Shown here: one piece after another, positions 25,933-35,233 of the stretch
Layout: the number at the start of each line of letters is the position of its first letter
How positions within the stretch are numbered: the first letter of the stretch is position 1
From: Cytophagales bacterium
Lineage (GTDB): Bacteria > Bacteroidota > Bacteroidia > Cytophagales > UBA9547
Direction: 5' to 3'
Length of the DNA stretch: 49,276 nt
Assembly: GCA_044349205.1 (NCBI GenBank)
Contig: JBIKRJ010000001.1
Coordinates: 1-49,276 of the forward strand
The notes under the pieces: generated by a model
Told to the model about the DNA's origin: nothing
The model's input: the letters and a program-made list of their open reading frames with translations, nothing else
The model's database searches: none
Made by a program: the position numbers and the translations under genes

Positions 25933-27102
25933 ATGAACAAATACGACAATTTCGAGACGCTAGCGGTGCGCATTCAAACCGAAAATTCGCACAACAGAGA
26001 ACATTCTGCGCCCATATACATGACATCGAGTTTTGTGTTTGAGGATGCCGAGCAAGCGCGCGCACTTTTTGCCGACGAAATTGAGGGGAACATATACACG
26101 CGTTTTTCCAATCCCAACAGCTCCGAATTTATCGAGAAAGTTTGTGCCATGGAAGGTGCGGAAGATGGCTTTGCGGTGGCTTCGGGCATGAGTGCCATGT
26201 TTACGAGTATGGCTGCTTTTCTAAAAAATGGCGACCATTTGCTCATTTGCCGTTCGGTTTTTGGTTCTACGCATCAAATTGTATCTCAGATATTTCCTCG
26301 TTGGGGTATTCAGCATACCTACGTAGACATAGACCAACCTGAAAATTGGGAAAAACACATACATCCCAACACCAAAATGATTTTTTTGGAAACGCCATCA
26401 AACCCCAGCCTCGATTTGATAGATTTGGAATGGGTGGGAAAATTGGCCGCCAAACACAACTTAATATTGAATGTTGACAATTGTTTTGCGACACCCTATC
26501 TGCAAACTCCTTTAAAGTGGGGATCTCATTTGGTCACGCATTCGGCCACCAAATTTATGGATGGGCAAGGTCGTGCAATAGGGGGTATAATTGTGGGAAG
26601 TAAAGAACTAATCAAGGAAATTAGGTTTTTTTCCAGGCACACAGGCCCTTGTCTTTCGCCTTTCAATAGTTGGATTTTATCCAAAAGTTTGGAAACACTG
26701 GCTGTGCGCATGGACAGGCATTGTGAGAACGCATTGAAATTGGCGCAGTGGCTAGAAACTCATCCAGAAGTGGAAAAAGTGAAATATCCATTCTTGCCTT
26801 CACATCCCCAATACGAATTGGCGAAAAAGCAGATGCGTCAAGGAGGTGCTTTGGTCACGTTTTACGTGAAAGGTGGTATCGAAAAGGGACGCAACTTCTT
26901 GAACAATTTGAAAATGATGTCCTTCTCCGCCAACCTTGGCGACACGAGAAGTATTGCCACCCATCCAGCCAGCACTACCCATTCTAAGCTAACTGATGCT
27001 GAAAGAGCGCAAGTAGGCATTATGCCCGGCTTGATACGTATTTCGGTAGGTTTGGAGCATATCGATGATATTATCAAGGATGTGGAGCAGGCCTTGAAAT
27101 AA
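25933..27102 (+). CDS. Cys/Met-metabolism PLP enzyme (O-succinyl/O-acetylhomoserine sulfhydrylase-like)
   Basis: 389 aa. Matching blocks are FETLAVR, YTRFSNPN and a PLP-lysine block HSATKFMDGQG. The C-terminus is IRISVGLEHIDDIIKD. Confidence 0.85.
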   Translation: MNKYDNFETLAVRIQTENSHNREHSAPIYMTSSFVFEDAEQARALFADEIEGNIYTRFSNPNSSEFIEKVCAMEGAEDGFAVASGMSAMFTSMAAFLKNGDHLLICRSVFGSTHQIVSQIFPRWGIQHTYVDIDQPENWEKHIHPNTKMIFLETPSNPSLDLIDLEWVGKLAAKHNLILNVDNCFATPYLQTPLKWGSHLVTHSATKFMDGQGRAIGGIIVGSKELIKEIRFFSRHTGPCLSPFNSWILSKSLETLAVRMDRHCENALKLAQWLETHPEVEKVKYPFLPSHPQYELAKKQMRQGGALVTFYVKGGIEKGRNFLNNLKMMSFSANLGDTRSIATHPASTTHSKLTDAERAQVGIMPGLIRISVGLEHIDDIIKDVEQALK

Positions 27103-27104
27103 GG

Positions 27105-27740
27105 TTATTTCCTTAGATTCTCCTTGAACACTTTTCTGAATTTTTCCAATTTAGGCTGAATAACATACGCACAATAGGGCTGACTTTTATTTAGGTTGTA
27201 GTAGTTTTGATGGCAGTCTTCGGCTGGATAAAATTTGCTGGCGGCGCTAATTTCGGTTACTATTGGGTTTGACCACGCGCCCGATTTGTTCAGTTCTGTT
27301 TTGTATTTTTCTGCCAAAGATTTTTGTGTTTCGTTATGGTAAAAAATAACCGAACGGTACTGCGTTCCCACGTCATTTCCTTGTCTGTTTAGCTGCGTGG
27401 GGTCGTGGCATTGCCAAAAAACAGCCAACAATTCTTCATAGCTTATTTTGGCAGGGTCGTAATATACTTGAATTACCTCGGCGTGGCCCGTAGTACCCGT
27501 ACATACTTGTTTGTAGGTTGGATTGGCTATTTCCCCACCTTCATATCCTGAAATTACTTTAAGCACACCGTCCAATTCCAAAAACACCGCTTCCACGCAC
27601 CAAAAACATCCAGCTCCAAAAGTTGCGGTGTCTGCCATTGCATTATTTTCCATTTTTAACGATTTAGATTCCGAAAGGTCTTGCGTTTTCGATTGGCAAG
27701 AAAAAAGTAAAAGAAGGATTGCGAAGAAATTGTTTAGCAT
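27105..27740 (-). CDS. msrA: Peptide-methionine (S)-S-oxide reductase with an N-terminal export/lipoprotein-like signal
   Basis: 211 aa. The catalytic block is ATFGAGCFWCVEAVF. The N-terminus is MLNNFFAILLLLFSCQSK. Confidence 0.9.
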   Translation of the reverse strand: MLNNFFAILLLLFSCQSKTQDLSESKSLKMENNAMADTATFGAGCFWCVEAVFLELDGVLKVISGYEGGEIANPTYKQVCTGTTGHAEVIQVYYDPAKISYEELLAVFWQCHDPTQLNRQGNDVGTQYRSVIFYHNETQKSLAEKYKTELNKSGAWSNPIVTEISAASKFYPAEDCHQNYYNLNKSQPYCAYVIQPKLEKFRKVFKENLRK

Positions 27741-27755
27741 TTTTAAAGAGTCAAA

Positions 27756-28802
27756 TTAACCGTTTGCCTCCAAATATTTTTCCCATTTTTCAACTAGCTG
27801 GGTAAATTCTGCTGGCAGTGGACTTTCGAACTGCATAAACTTTTTCGTAGATGGGTGAATAAAACCTAATGATTTTGCGTGTAAAGCCTGTCTTGGCATT
27901 ATTTTGAAACAGTTCTCGACAAACTGGGCGTATTTTGCAAAAGTAGTGCCCTTCACAATTTTGTTGCCTCCATATGTTTCGTCGTTAAAAAGCGGGTGCC
28001 CGATGTGTTTCATATGCGCCCTTATCTGATGCGTTCGTCCTGTTTCTAAATTACACTGAATCATTGAAACATAGTACATGGGTTTTAGCATTTTGTAATG
28101 CGTGATGGCATTTTTCCCTTGACTGGCATCGGGAAAAGCCGCCACTACTCTTCTGTCTTTTTCACTTCTTCCAAGGTGCACATTTACAGTGCCTTCAAAC
28201 GCATCGGGCTGTCCCCACACTATCGCAATATAGGTTCGTTCGATGCTGTGGTCGAAAAATTGTTTGGCCAAGTGCGCCATTGCAAATTCTGTTTTGGCAA
28301 TGACCAAAAGGCCCGAGGTGTCTTTGTCTATGCGGTGCACAAGACCAGGCCTACCTGTGCCATTTCGTCCGGTGGGTAAATTTTGAAAATGAAAGGCAAG
28401 TGCGTTTACTAGTGTGCCAGTGTAATTGTTGTAGGCAGGGTGTACCACCATCCCTGCCGGTTTGTTCACTACCAGCAAGTCGTCGTCTTCGTAAAGTATA
28501 TCCAAAGGAATATCTTCGGGCAACACGACATCTTCGCGCGGTGGTTGGCTCAACAATACTTTTACAACATCATTGGGTTTTATCTTATAGCTGTTTTTGG
28601 TAGGCTTGTCGTTAAGTTGCACGGTGCCTGCCTCAATAGCAGCCTGAATTCGAGAACGGGTAGAATTTTGGATTCTATCCATCAAAAATTTATCAAGTCT
28701 TATGGCGCTTTGGCCTTTGTCGGCTACAAAGCGGTAATGTTCAAAAAGCTCGTCTTCTTTTTCGTCGAAAATATCGGGCTGAAATTCAGGATTTTGGGTC
28801 AT
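27756..28802 (-). CDS. rluD: RluA-family 23S rRNA pseudouridine synthase (RluD-like) with an S4 domain
   Basis: I prefer the ATG at 28802 over the track's TTG at 28820. The catalytic motif is HRIDKDTSGLLVIAK. An S4-like block is RLDKFLMDRI, and RTHQIRAH is also present. Confidence 0.88.
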   Translation of the reverse strand: MTQNPEFQPDIFDEKEDELFEHYRFVADKGQSAIRLDKFLMDRIQNSTRSRIQAAIEAGTVQLNDKPTKNSYKIKPNDVVKVLLSQPPREDVVLPEDIPLDILYEDDDLLVVNKPAGMVVHPAYNNYTGTLVNALAFHFQNLPTGRNGTGRPGLVHRIDKDTSGLLVIAKTEFAMAHLAKQFFDHSIERTYIAIVWGQPDAFEGTVNVHLGRSEKDRRVVAAFPDASQGKNAITHYKMLKPMYYVSMIQCNLETGRTHQIRAHMKHIGHPLFNDETYGGNKIVKGTTFAKYAQFVENCFKIMPRQALHAKSLGFIHPSTKKFMQFESPLPAEFTQLVEKWEKYLEANG

Positions 28803-28835
28803 GGGAGCAAATATCGCCAATCCTACAGGTATATT

Positions 28836-29930
28836 TTACAAAACGAATAATTTCAGGTAAAAAGCCTCCCATCTTTCTTTGCTGTAATTATCCCGCAAGG
28901 TTTCATTTCCTAGTTTGCCCATTTTTTCTCTGAGAGAAATATTTTTTACCAGTTCTAATATGTTCCGTTTCCACTCTTCTTTGGTGTGGCAAATAAAGCC
29001 ATTTGAGCCATTAAAAATCATTTTTTGATTTACATTCGTGGGGCTGGCCAATGCTGGAATAGCAAGCGCCATGTATTGCAATATTTTAAATCCGCACTTT
29101 CCTTCAGCCCAATCATCTTGTCCCAGCGGCATCAAACCTATGTCTACATGGGCTAAATCTTTCCATTCTGTTTCTTTTTGCCACAAGATGAATTCAAAGT
29201 TTTTTAAGCGCAATACTGGGTTTTTGTCGGCAATCACAACAAAACGAAAGGCGATTTCTTTTTCCAAGTCTTGCAAAACTGGAAATAAAGAATGCAAATA
29301 TTTCAATGTAGAATGGGTGCCTGTCCAGCCGATGGTTGTTGGTAGTTGTTTGTTGGTGGTTTCTGATTCAAGATTTGTAGCTGGTACTTTTTTGGTATCT
29401 AGTGTGGTAGGAAGAAAAAGTACATTTGAGTGGAACTGTTTGGCGTAATCGCACAGGAAATCATTTCCACACGTTATTTTCCAAGCCCATTTACACAGGT
29501 ATTTTGTTTTCCAATGGCATTTGAAAAGCGCAACCAATTTGTTTTCTGACGAAGTATTGGGCAACCAAATGGCATCGTCGAAATCGTAAACAATGGGTTT
29601 CCGATAAATTTTGGCAATTAGCCATTCGATAAGTGGCACACCAAGAGGAGTGGCCTCCCTATGTATAAAAATGATGTCATAATTCGAGATTTGAAGTAGC
29701 AAAACCAAACGGCGAATAAATCCTTTGACAACCGCGAAGGTTTTGGAGAGAATAAAACCTTTTCGATACAGAATCCGAAAAGCGCTTTCAGAAAAAAATG
29801 ATTGAAAATGGGGCTGGTGTTGCGCGGCTATAGAATCCCAATATTGTTCAAAACGAAATCGTTGCGAAGCTACCCGACCAAAAGGATAGGGAGCTATGAA
29901 TAGGATTTTATACGATTTCGATTCTCCCAA
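28836..29930 (-). CDS. Glycosyltransferase (GT-B, family 1/4-like)
   Basis: 364 aa. KILFIAPYPFG lies at the N-terminus. The C-terminal half has GWTGTHST and DWAEGKCGFKILQYMALAIPALASP, which is EX7E-like. The TTG start lies directly after the ompA-family stop. Confidence 0.65.
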   Translation of the reverse strand: MGESKSYKILFIAPYPFGRVASQRFRFEQYWDSIAAQHQPHFQSFFSESAFRILYRKGFILSKTFAVVKGFIRRLVLLLQISNYDIIFIHREATPLGVPLIEWLIAKIYRKPIVYDFDDAIWLPNTSSENKLVALFKCHWKTKYLCKWAWKITCGNDFLCDYAKQFHSNVLFLPTTLDTKKVPATNLESETTNKQLPTTIGWTGTHSTLKYLHSLFPVLQDLEKEIAFRFVVIADKNPVLRLKNFEFILWQKETEWKDLAHVDIGLMPLGQDDWAEGKCGFKILQYMALAIPALASPTNVNQKMIFNGSNGFICHTKEEWKRNILELVKNISLREKMGKLGNETLRDNYSKERWEAFYLKLFVL

Positions 29931-30620
29931 TTACAGCATCCTAATTTCGATACGACGATTTCGGGTGCGCCCTTCTTCGGTACTATTGTCGGCCACGGGC
30001 ACAGTTTTGCCATATCCTTTGGCTATGATGCGTTTTTCTGAAATTCCTTTTTCGATTAAATAGGCTTTTATGGCGCTGGCACGTTTTTGCGAAACTTGCA
30101 AATTCACTTTATCGTCGCCTACATTGTCGGTATGTCCAGCTATTTCAATCCTCATCGTAGGATTTTTCTTCATTTCTTCGGCCAATTTTTCTATCTCGGT
30201 CTTGGCTGCTTCGTAAAGTTCGGCTCGGTTTGGTGCAAAATGTATTTTCAGCTCGTAAACCTTGTTGTATTTCGTAACAACTTTTATTTGAAGGTTTTCC
30301 TCCATAGTCAATTTTCCATCTTGTTTAGGTACTTCAAATTGTCCAAAATCGAACTTCAAAGTTTGTTTTTCAACCACTACTTTGTGTGATGTTCCCTTCT
30401 TCAACAACATTCCCACAACGCCTTCAAGGTCAGTAGTGTCAATTTTTAAAGTTTTGTCGAGCCTGCTTTCGACTTTTACCACGGCACCTTGTTCGGGCAC
30501 TCCTTTGTCGTCGGTCACTTTGTATATGACCAAGGCATCGTAATCGGTTGGTTGTAGTTTGTTTTGTCCCCAAGCAAATGAACTGACCAGAAAAATGAGG
30601 AAAGCAAAATTGGTTTTCAT
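29931..30620 (-). CDS. OmpA-family peptidoglycan-associated protein
   Basis: I prefer the ATG at ~30620 (MKTNFAFLIFLVSSFAWGQ signal). The C-terminal OmpA block is RIEIAGHTDNVGDDKVNLQVSQKRASAIKAYL...NRRIEIRML. The track's 38-aa extension starts at a TTG and lies over the predicted promoter. Confidence 0.85.
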   Translation of the reverse strand: MKTNFAFLIFLVSSFAWGQNKLQPTDYDALVIYKVTDDKGVPEQGAVVKVESRLDKTLKIDTTDLEGVVGMLLKKGTSHKVVVEKQTLKFDFGQFEVPKQDGKLTMEENLQIKVVTKYNKVYELKIHFAPNRAELYEAAKTEIEKLAEEMKKNPTMRIEIAGHTDNVGDDKVNLQVSQKRASAIKAYLIEKGISEKRIIAKGYGKTVPVADNSTEEGRTRNRRIEIRML

Positions 30621-30641
30621 GGCAATAATTTTCTGTGTTTT

Positions 30642-30671
30642 GCAAAAATAACAAATGTGCTTACACGGCAA
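30642..30671 (-). promoter_or_regulatory. Bacteroidota-type promoter for the ompA-family gene
   Basis: On the minus strand, TTG lies at ~30671-30669, followed by a 19-nt spacer and TATTTTTG at ~30649-30642. It is ~22 nt upstream of the ATG at 30620. Confidence 0.4.
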
Positions 30672-30872
30672 CATAGAATAATTCGTGCTTGATATTTGTA
30701 TTTTAAAATAGCATGGTTTATTATTGCCACACAATTGCGGTCGATTTTTGAGTGAATCTCTTCCCGCTCGCCATCCTTATAGAATCTTATTGATATCTCA
30801 ATCTTAATTTAGGCTTTACGGAACACATTATAGGTTACCGCTGCACAGTTAAATATTTCTGTATTACTACAC

Positions 30873-32492
30873 ATGTACAACATCAATGACTTGGAACTCT
30901 TGCTCGTTTCGGAGCTTAGAGAAATTGCCGAAAAACTTGCCGTAAAAAATGCTAAAAAGCTTGGCAAAGAAGAACTTGTTTACAAAATCCTGGACATACA
31001 GGCAGTAACTCCCGACCAAGAGTTGTCGAAGTTGCCACCCATTCCCTCTGCGCAAGTAGCTGAAGAGGCACCTGTGGAAGAAAAAGCAGACGAACAACCC
31101 GTTGAAGTTGTGAAAAGAGAGCCAGTGCGTGTTAGGAAAAGAGAAAATGTGCGTGCCGCCGAACCTGATTTATTGGTAGATAGCAACTACGAAGAACCAA
31201 AAGTTACCTTTGTACCTGAAGAAACGCACACATTCACCACTGAATACAGACAAGACCCACCCCAAGAACAGTTGGAAGCAAGTCCAGTTGAGTTGTCGGA
31301 GAACAACAGCTTTGGCTCAAGACCTGAAAGAGAACAAATTCAAAATTTCCGTCGCCCTGCTCCACCTCAACGCGAATTTGAGGGGGTTATAGTGAGCCAA
31401 GGGGTATTGGAAATGATGCAAGATGGTTATGGTTTTTTGCGTTCGTCCGACTACAACTATTTGGCCAGTCCCGACGATATTTATGTTTCGCCCTCCCAAA
31501 TCAAACTATTTGGTTTGAAAACAGGCGATTCGGTTAAAGGAAGTGTGCGCCCACCCAAAGACGGCGAAAAATATTTTGCCTTGCTGAAAGTTGATACCAT
31601 AAACGGGAAAACCACCGACGAAATACGAGACCGCATCCCTTTCGAGTTTTTGACACCCGTACACCCCAACGAAAGGTTGAAACTCACTACCAAAGCCGAC
31701 AATTACTCATCTAGAATATTGGATTTATTTGCGCCAATTGGAAAAGGCCAAAGGGGTATGATAGTGGCACAGCCCAAAACAGGTAAAACGGTGTTATTGA
31801 AAAATATAGCCAACGCGATAGCTGAAAATCATCCCGAGGTATATCTTATTGTACTACTTATAGATGAAAGACCTGAGGAAGTTACCGACATGGCGCGAAG
31901 CGTACGTGGTGAAGTTATTTCATCTACGTTCGACGAGCAGGCCGACCGTCATGTTAAAGTGGCTAGTATTGTGTTGGAAAAAGCCAAAAGAATGGTGGAA
32001 TGTGGTCACGATGTGGTTATTCTTCTCGATTCTATCACACGCCTAGCCAGGGCATACAATACCGTGTCGCCCCCTTCGGGCAAGATACTTTCAGGTGGTG
32101 TTGATGCCAATGCCTTGCACAAACCAAAACGTTTTTTTGGAGCTGCCCGAAATGTAGAAAATGGTGGCTCGCTCACAATTTTGGCTACCGCCCTCATTGA
32201 AACTGGTTCTAAAATGGACGAAGTTATTTTCGAAGAATTCAAAGGAACTGGCAATATGGAATTGCAGCTCGACAGGAAACTTTCGAACAAGCGAGTGTAC
32301 CCGTCTATCGACGTTCCAGCTTCTGGCACTCGTATGGAAGAACTATTGATGACCAAAGAGGAACTACAACGCGTCTGGATATTGCGCAAGTATATGAACG
32401 ATATGAATTCTATAGAAGCTATGGAGTTTTTGCTCGACCGCATGAAAGGAACTCGAAACAACGAAGAATTCCTTGTTTCGATGAATGGATAA
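30873..32492 (+). CDS. rho: Transcription termination factor Rho with a long N-terminal insertion
   Basis: 539 aa. The N-terminus is [14 protein letters not shown]. The RNA-binding block is [35 protein letters not shown]. Walker A is PKTGKTVLL and the C-terminus is [12 protein letters not shown]. Confidence 0.95.
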   Translation: MYNINDLELLLVSELREIAEKLAVKNAKKLGKEELVYKILDIQAVTPDQELSKLPPIPSAQVAEEAPVEEKADEQPVEVVKREPVRVRKRENVRAAEPDLLVDSNYEEPKVTFVPEETHTFTTEYRQDPPQEQLEASPVELSENNSFGSRPEREQIQNFRRPAPPQREFEGVIVSQGVLEMMQDGYGFLRSSDYNYLASPDDIYVSPSQIKLFGLKTGDSVKGSVRPPKDGEKYFALLKVDTINGKTTDEIRDRIPFEFLTPVHPNERLKLTTKADNYSSRILDLFAPIGKGQRGMIVAQPKTGKTVLLKNIANAIAENHPEVYLIVLLIDERPEEVTDMARSVRGEVISSTFDEQADRHVKVASIVLEKAKRMVECGHDVVILLDSITRLARAYNTVSPPSGKILSGGVDANALHKPKRFFGAARNVENGGSLTILATALIETGSKMDEVIFEEFKGTGNMELQLDRKLSNKRVYPSIDVPASGTRMEELLMTKEELQRVWILRKYMNDMNSIEAMEFLLDRMKGTRNNEEFLVSMNG

Positions 32493-32511
32493 AATTTGTT
32501 GATTTTGGAAT

Positions 32512-32544
32512 AAAAAAGGGAAAGCAGAGGCTTTCCCTTTTTTA
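32512..32544 (+). terminator. Intrinsic terminator after rho
   Basis: AAAAAAGGGAAAGC-AGAG-GCTTTCCCTTTTTT forms an 8-bp GC-containing stem followed by a T-run. Confidence 0.85.
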
Positions 32545-32620
32545 TTCCGGCAAAACTCAATCGCCCAATTTGCTAATTGAAAATATTAGGTCTTAATTCG
32601 TATGGGTAAAAACGAATAAA

Positions 32621-32935
32621 ATGGTAGAGCCACAAGAAAACAACCAAATCAACATAGAACTATCGGAAGAAATGGCAGAAGGAATTTATTCTAACTTGGC
32701 CATGATTGCCCACAGTCACAGCGAGTTTGTAGTTGATTTTATAAGGTTGATGCCCGGTGTGCCAAAGGCTAAAGTAAAAGCCAGAATTGTGCTCACTCCC
32801 GAACATGCCAAAAGACTCTTGTTTGCACTTGGCGATAATGTGAAAAAGTACGAAGAAAGTTTTGGCACTATAAAACAAATAGACGAAGCACCTCGTTTTC
32901 CGCTTCATTTTGGTGGAAAAATGGGCGAAGCTTAA
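32621..32935 (+). CDS. DUF3467 family protein
   Basis: 104 aa. The block GIYSNLAMIAHSHSEFVVDFIRLMPGVPKAKVKARIVLTPEHAKRLLFAL matches my memory of the family. Confidence 0.75.
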   Translation: MVEPQENNQINIELSEEMAEGIYSNLAMIAHSHSEFVVDFIRLMPGVPKAKVKARIVLTPEHAKRLLFALGDNVKKYEESFGTIKQIDEAPRFPLHFGGKMGEA

Positions 32936-32990
32936 CACCTGGTCATTTTTTTCTTGAATCCAAAATGAAATCACAAACTGAAGACATTTC

Positions 32991-34253
32991 ATGAAAGGGA
33001 GTTCAAAACATTTTTTATCTTGGGACATACTTGGTGCTACTTTGTTTATTTTGGGCATCATGTGGGGGGTTTCAAACATAAATTACAACTTCGAGATTTT
33101 GAGCCCCATGCAAGATATGTTTGGCGATTTCGAAGTTACCGACTTGGCTGCTTCCAAAGTGCGTGAGGAGGCTCAAGAAGACACCAACATCGTATTGGTT
33201 AATATTGGAGGTTTTTCGCGAGATCAAATCGCGCAACAAGTCCGCATTATCAATTCCCACAAACCAAAAGTGATTGGGATTGACTCATTTTTTAGAAGGC
33301 TGAAAGACCCCGAAAGCGACAGTGCATTGGCAAGTGCATTTGACGAAGTTGAGAATCTTGTATTGGTCACTAAGTTACATTACGACGAAGAAAAAAAGAT
33401 TTTCGATTCCTTAGAAACATCCAATCCCATTTTCCTCAGAAATTCGAAATTAGGTTTCGCCAATTTGATTACCGAGGGGGAAGAAAACTTCAGAACTGCG
33501 CGTGTTTTTTCGCCCTTCGACACAGTGACCAAAAACGGGGTAAAGCAAAATGTAGAAACATTTTTTGCCATTAAAGTAGCGGAAATTTACCAGCCGGGGA
33601 GTTCAAAAAAATTGGTTGAAAGAAGGTTGAAAGAGGGGTATGATTTTGAGCATATTCGTTTTAAAGGCAATTTGTATGGAGTGAAGGCCAAATATTATGC
33701 CATTGATGCCCAAGACATTTTGGATTCTAATTTTTCGCCCGACCTTGTTCAGAACAAGATTGTGTTGATGGGCTACATGGGAAACGAAATATCCCAAAGT
33801 GAAAATATATGGGACATAGACAAGTTTTTCACCCCCCTTAACGACAAATATGTAGGCAAGGCCATACCCGACATGTTTGGGGTGGTGGTACATGCCAACA
33901 TTATATCCATGATTTTAAATGAACAATATGTGAATGTTGCACCATTTTGGCTCGAAATGCTACTAACATTTATCATGTGTTACGTTAGCGTTGCCTTGTT
34001 CAATGTCGTGTTAGAGTGGCAACCCATGCTTTTCGACCCCTTAACCAAGATTGTTCAATTTATTGTCATCATCGCTCTAATGTTTTTAGAAGCGTATGTT
34101 TACCTTAAGAAAAGTTATGTAATAGACTTTGGGGCAATTTTATTGGCAGTGGCGCTTGCACCCGACTTTTTGGAGATATATGTACAGTTGTTAAAAAGGG
34201 TTGTCACCTTCTTTATGGAAAAGCTATATATTAGGGGAGAAATTCAAACATAA
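32991..34253 (+). CDS. CHASE2-domain membrane protein with no cytoplasmic output domain
   Basis: 420 aa with an N-terminal TM segment and a ~300-aa extracytoplasmic region. That region contains IVLVNIGGFSRDQIAQQVRIINSHKPKVIGIDSFF, which is CHASE2-like. Three C-terminal TM segments follow, and the protein ends ~25 aa after the last one. Confidence 0.65.
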   Translation: MKGSSKHFLSWDILGATLFILGIMWGVSNINYNFEILSPMQDMFGDFEVTDLAASKVREEAQEDTNIVLVNIGGFSRDQIAQQVRIINSHKPKVIGIDSFFRRLKDPESDSALASAFDEVENLVLVTKLHYDEEKKIFDSLETSNPIFLRNSKLGFANLITEGEENFRTARVFSPFDTVTKNGVKQNVETFFAIKVAEIYQPGSSKKLVERRLKEGYDFEHIRFKGNLYGVKAKYYAIDAQDILDSNFSPDLVQNKIVLMGYMGNEISQSENIWDIDKFFTPLNDKYVGKAIPDMFGVVVHANIISMILNEQYVNVAPFWLEMLLTFIMCYVSVALFNVVLEWQPMLFDPLTKIVQFIVIIALMFLEAYVYLKKSYVIDFGAILLAVALAPDFLEIYVQLLKRVVTFFMEKLYIRGEIQT

Positions 34254-34257
34254 TAAA

Positions 34258-35169
34258 ATGAGAAAGCTAGGGTTTATTTTCACATTCGTTGTTTTATGCA
34301 ATAGCAATCTTTTTGCTCAAGAAGAACTTTTCAAAGTATTGGTAAACAAGGGTAAGAATACGGTAGATGATAAACCACTGTTTGCCGGTTCTAAAATTCA
34401 TACTGGACAAACATTGCATATAGTTGAGGGTGGCTATGTAGCCTTGATATATAAGAATGGAAAATCGATGGAAATCAAATCACCTGGAATTTTCAAAGTA
34501 GCGGAATTGGAAAGACAAGCCATTGCAAGTTCAGGTACTTTCTCCAAAAAATATGCTGAATTGGTCTTAAACGAAATGACAAAGCCAAACGAAGCCATTA
34601 CTCTTGACCGAAAAAAGAACATGAAAGTGACAGGTTCGGTAGAAAGAGGCACCGAAAGCGGCTTGGTGTTGATAACACCTAAAAATTCTGAACTGCTATC
34701 CAAAGAAGTTAAATTGATATGGCTTAGCAATACATCTTGTACCGACGGATATGTGGTGAAACTAAAAGACATGTTCGATGAACCACTGAAAAATTACGAA
34801 ACCACCGATACTTTTGTCACGGTAAATGTGAATGAATTGGGATTGAAAAACCAAAAATCATTTATTGTCACGCTAGAGCCGAAGCAGGCGAAAAACAAAT
34901 CAAATACTGAAGGTAAACTAATTAAAATGGTGGATGGCAAACGTGCCGATGAACTTGAGAAAGAATTTAAGCTGGTAAAAGAAGAAGCAGGTGACGAATC
35001 GGCCCTGAGTAAAATTATTTTAGCTTCTTTTTGCGAGCAAAATAAATTGTACTTAGAGGCCATAAACTACTTTGAACAGGCCACCATCATAGAGCCAACC
35101 GTAGAAGAATACAAATTTGCCTATCAAAACTTTTTAGATCGTTTGGGTTTGTACAATTTAAAGAAATAG
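34258..35169 (+). CDS. Secreted hypothetical protein with a weak N-terminal FecR-like beta-sandwich and a C-terminal TPR-like helix pair
   Basis: The ATG at 34258 gives signal peptide MRKLGFIFTFVVLCNSNLFAQ. The block FAGSKIHTGQTLHIVEGGYVALIYKNGKSMEIKSPGIFKV resembles the FecR-domain pattern. The C-terminus is LYLEAINYFEQATIIEP. It starts 5 nt after the CHASE2 gene. Confidence 0.45.
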   Translation: MRKLGFIFTFVVLCNSNLFAQEELFKVLVNKGKNTVDDKPLFAGSKIHTGQTLHIVEGGYVALIYKNGKSMEIKSPGIFKVAELERQAIASSGTFSKKYAELVLNEMTKPNEAITLDRKKNMKVTGSVERGTESGLVLITPKNSELLSKEVKLIWLSNTSCTDGYVVKLKDMFDEPLKNYETTDTFVTVNVNELGLKNQKSFIVTLEPKQAKNKSNTEGKLIKMVDGKRADELEKEFKLVKEEAGDESALSKIILASFCEQNKLYLEAINYFEQATIIEPTVEEYKFAYQNFLDRLGLYNLKK

Positions 35170-35209
35170 CCACTCAGCCAATTCATTTCTTTTACTTCTA
35201 CCATTTTAT

Positions 35210-35217
35210 TACTTTTG
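35210..35217 (+). promoter_or_regulatory. Possible -7 box (TACTTTTG) upstream of ribH and the glycan cluster
   Basis: It is a perfect TAnnTTTG 17 nt upstream of the ribH ATG. No good -33 TTG sits at the expected spacing. Confidence 0.3.
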
Positions 35218-35233
35218 CTAGAGTAATTGTGAG

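Noticed and set aside
32006-32560. 184-aa minus-strand ORF overlapping the 3' end of rho
   Set aside because: It is Ser/Ile-rich and low-complexity. It is antisense to a highly conserved Rho region and crosses the rho terminator, so it is a shadow ORF. The 139-aa ORF at 32660-33079 is rejected on the same logic.
32965-32994. 9-codon uORF (MKSQTEDIS) whose TGA overlaps the CHASE2 gene ATG
   Set aside because: It is too short, and there is no supporting conservation evidence. It may well be chance in an AT-rich leader.
35170-35233. FMN (RFN) riboswitch upstream of ribH
   Set aside because: The spacer is only 64 nt, too short for the ~130-nt aptamer. No RFN conserved segments were seen.
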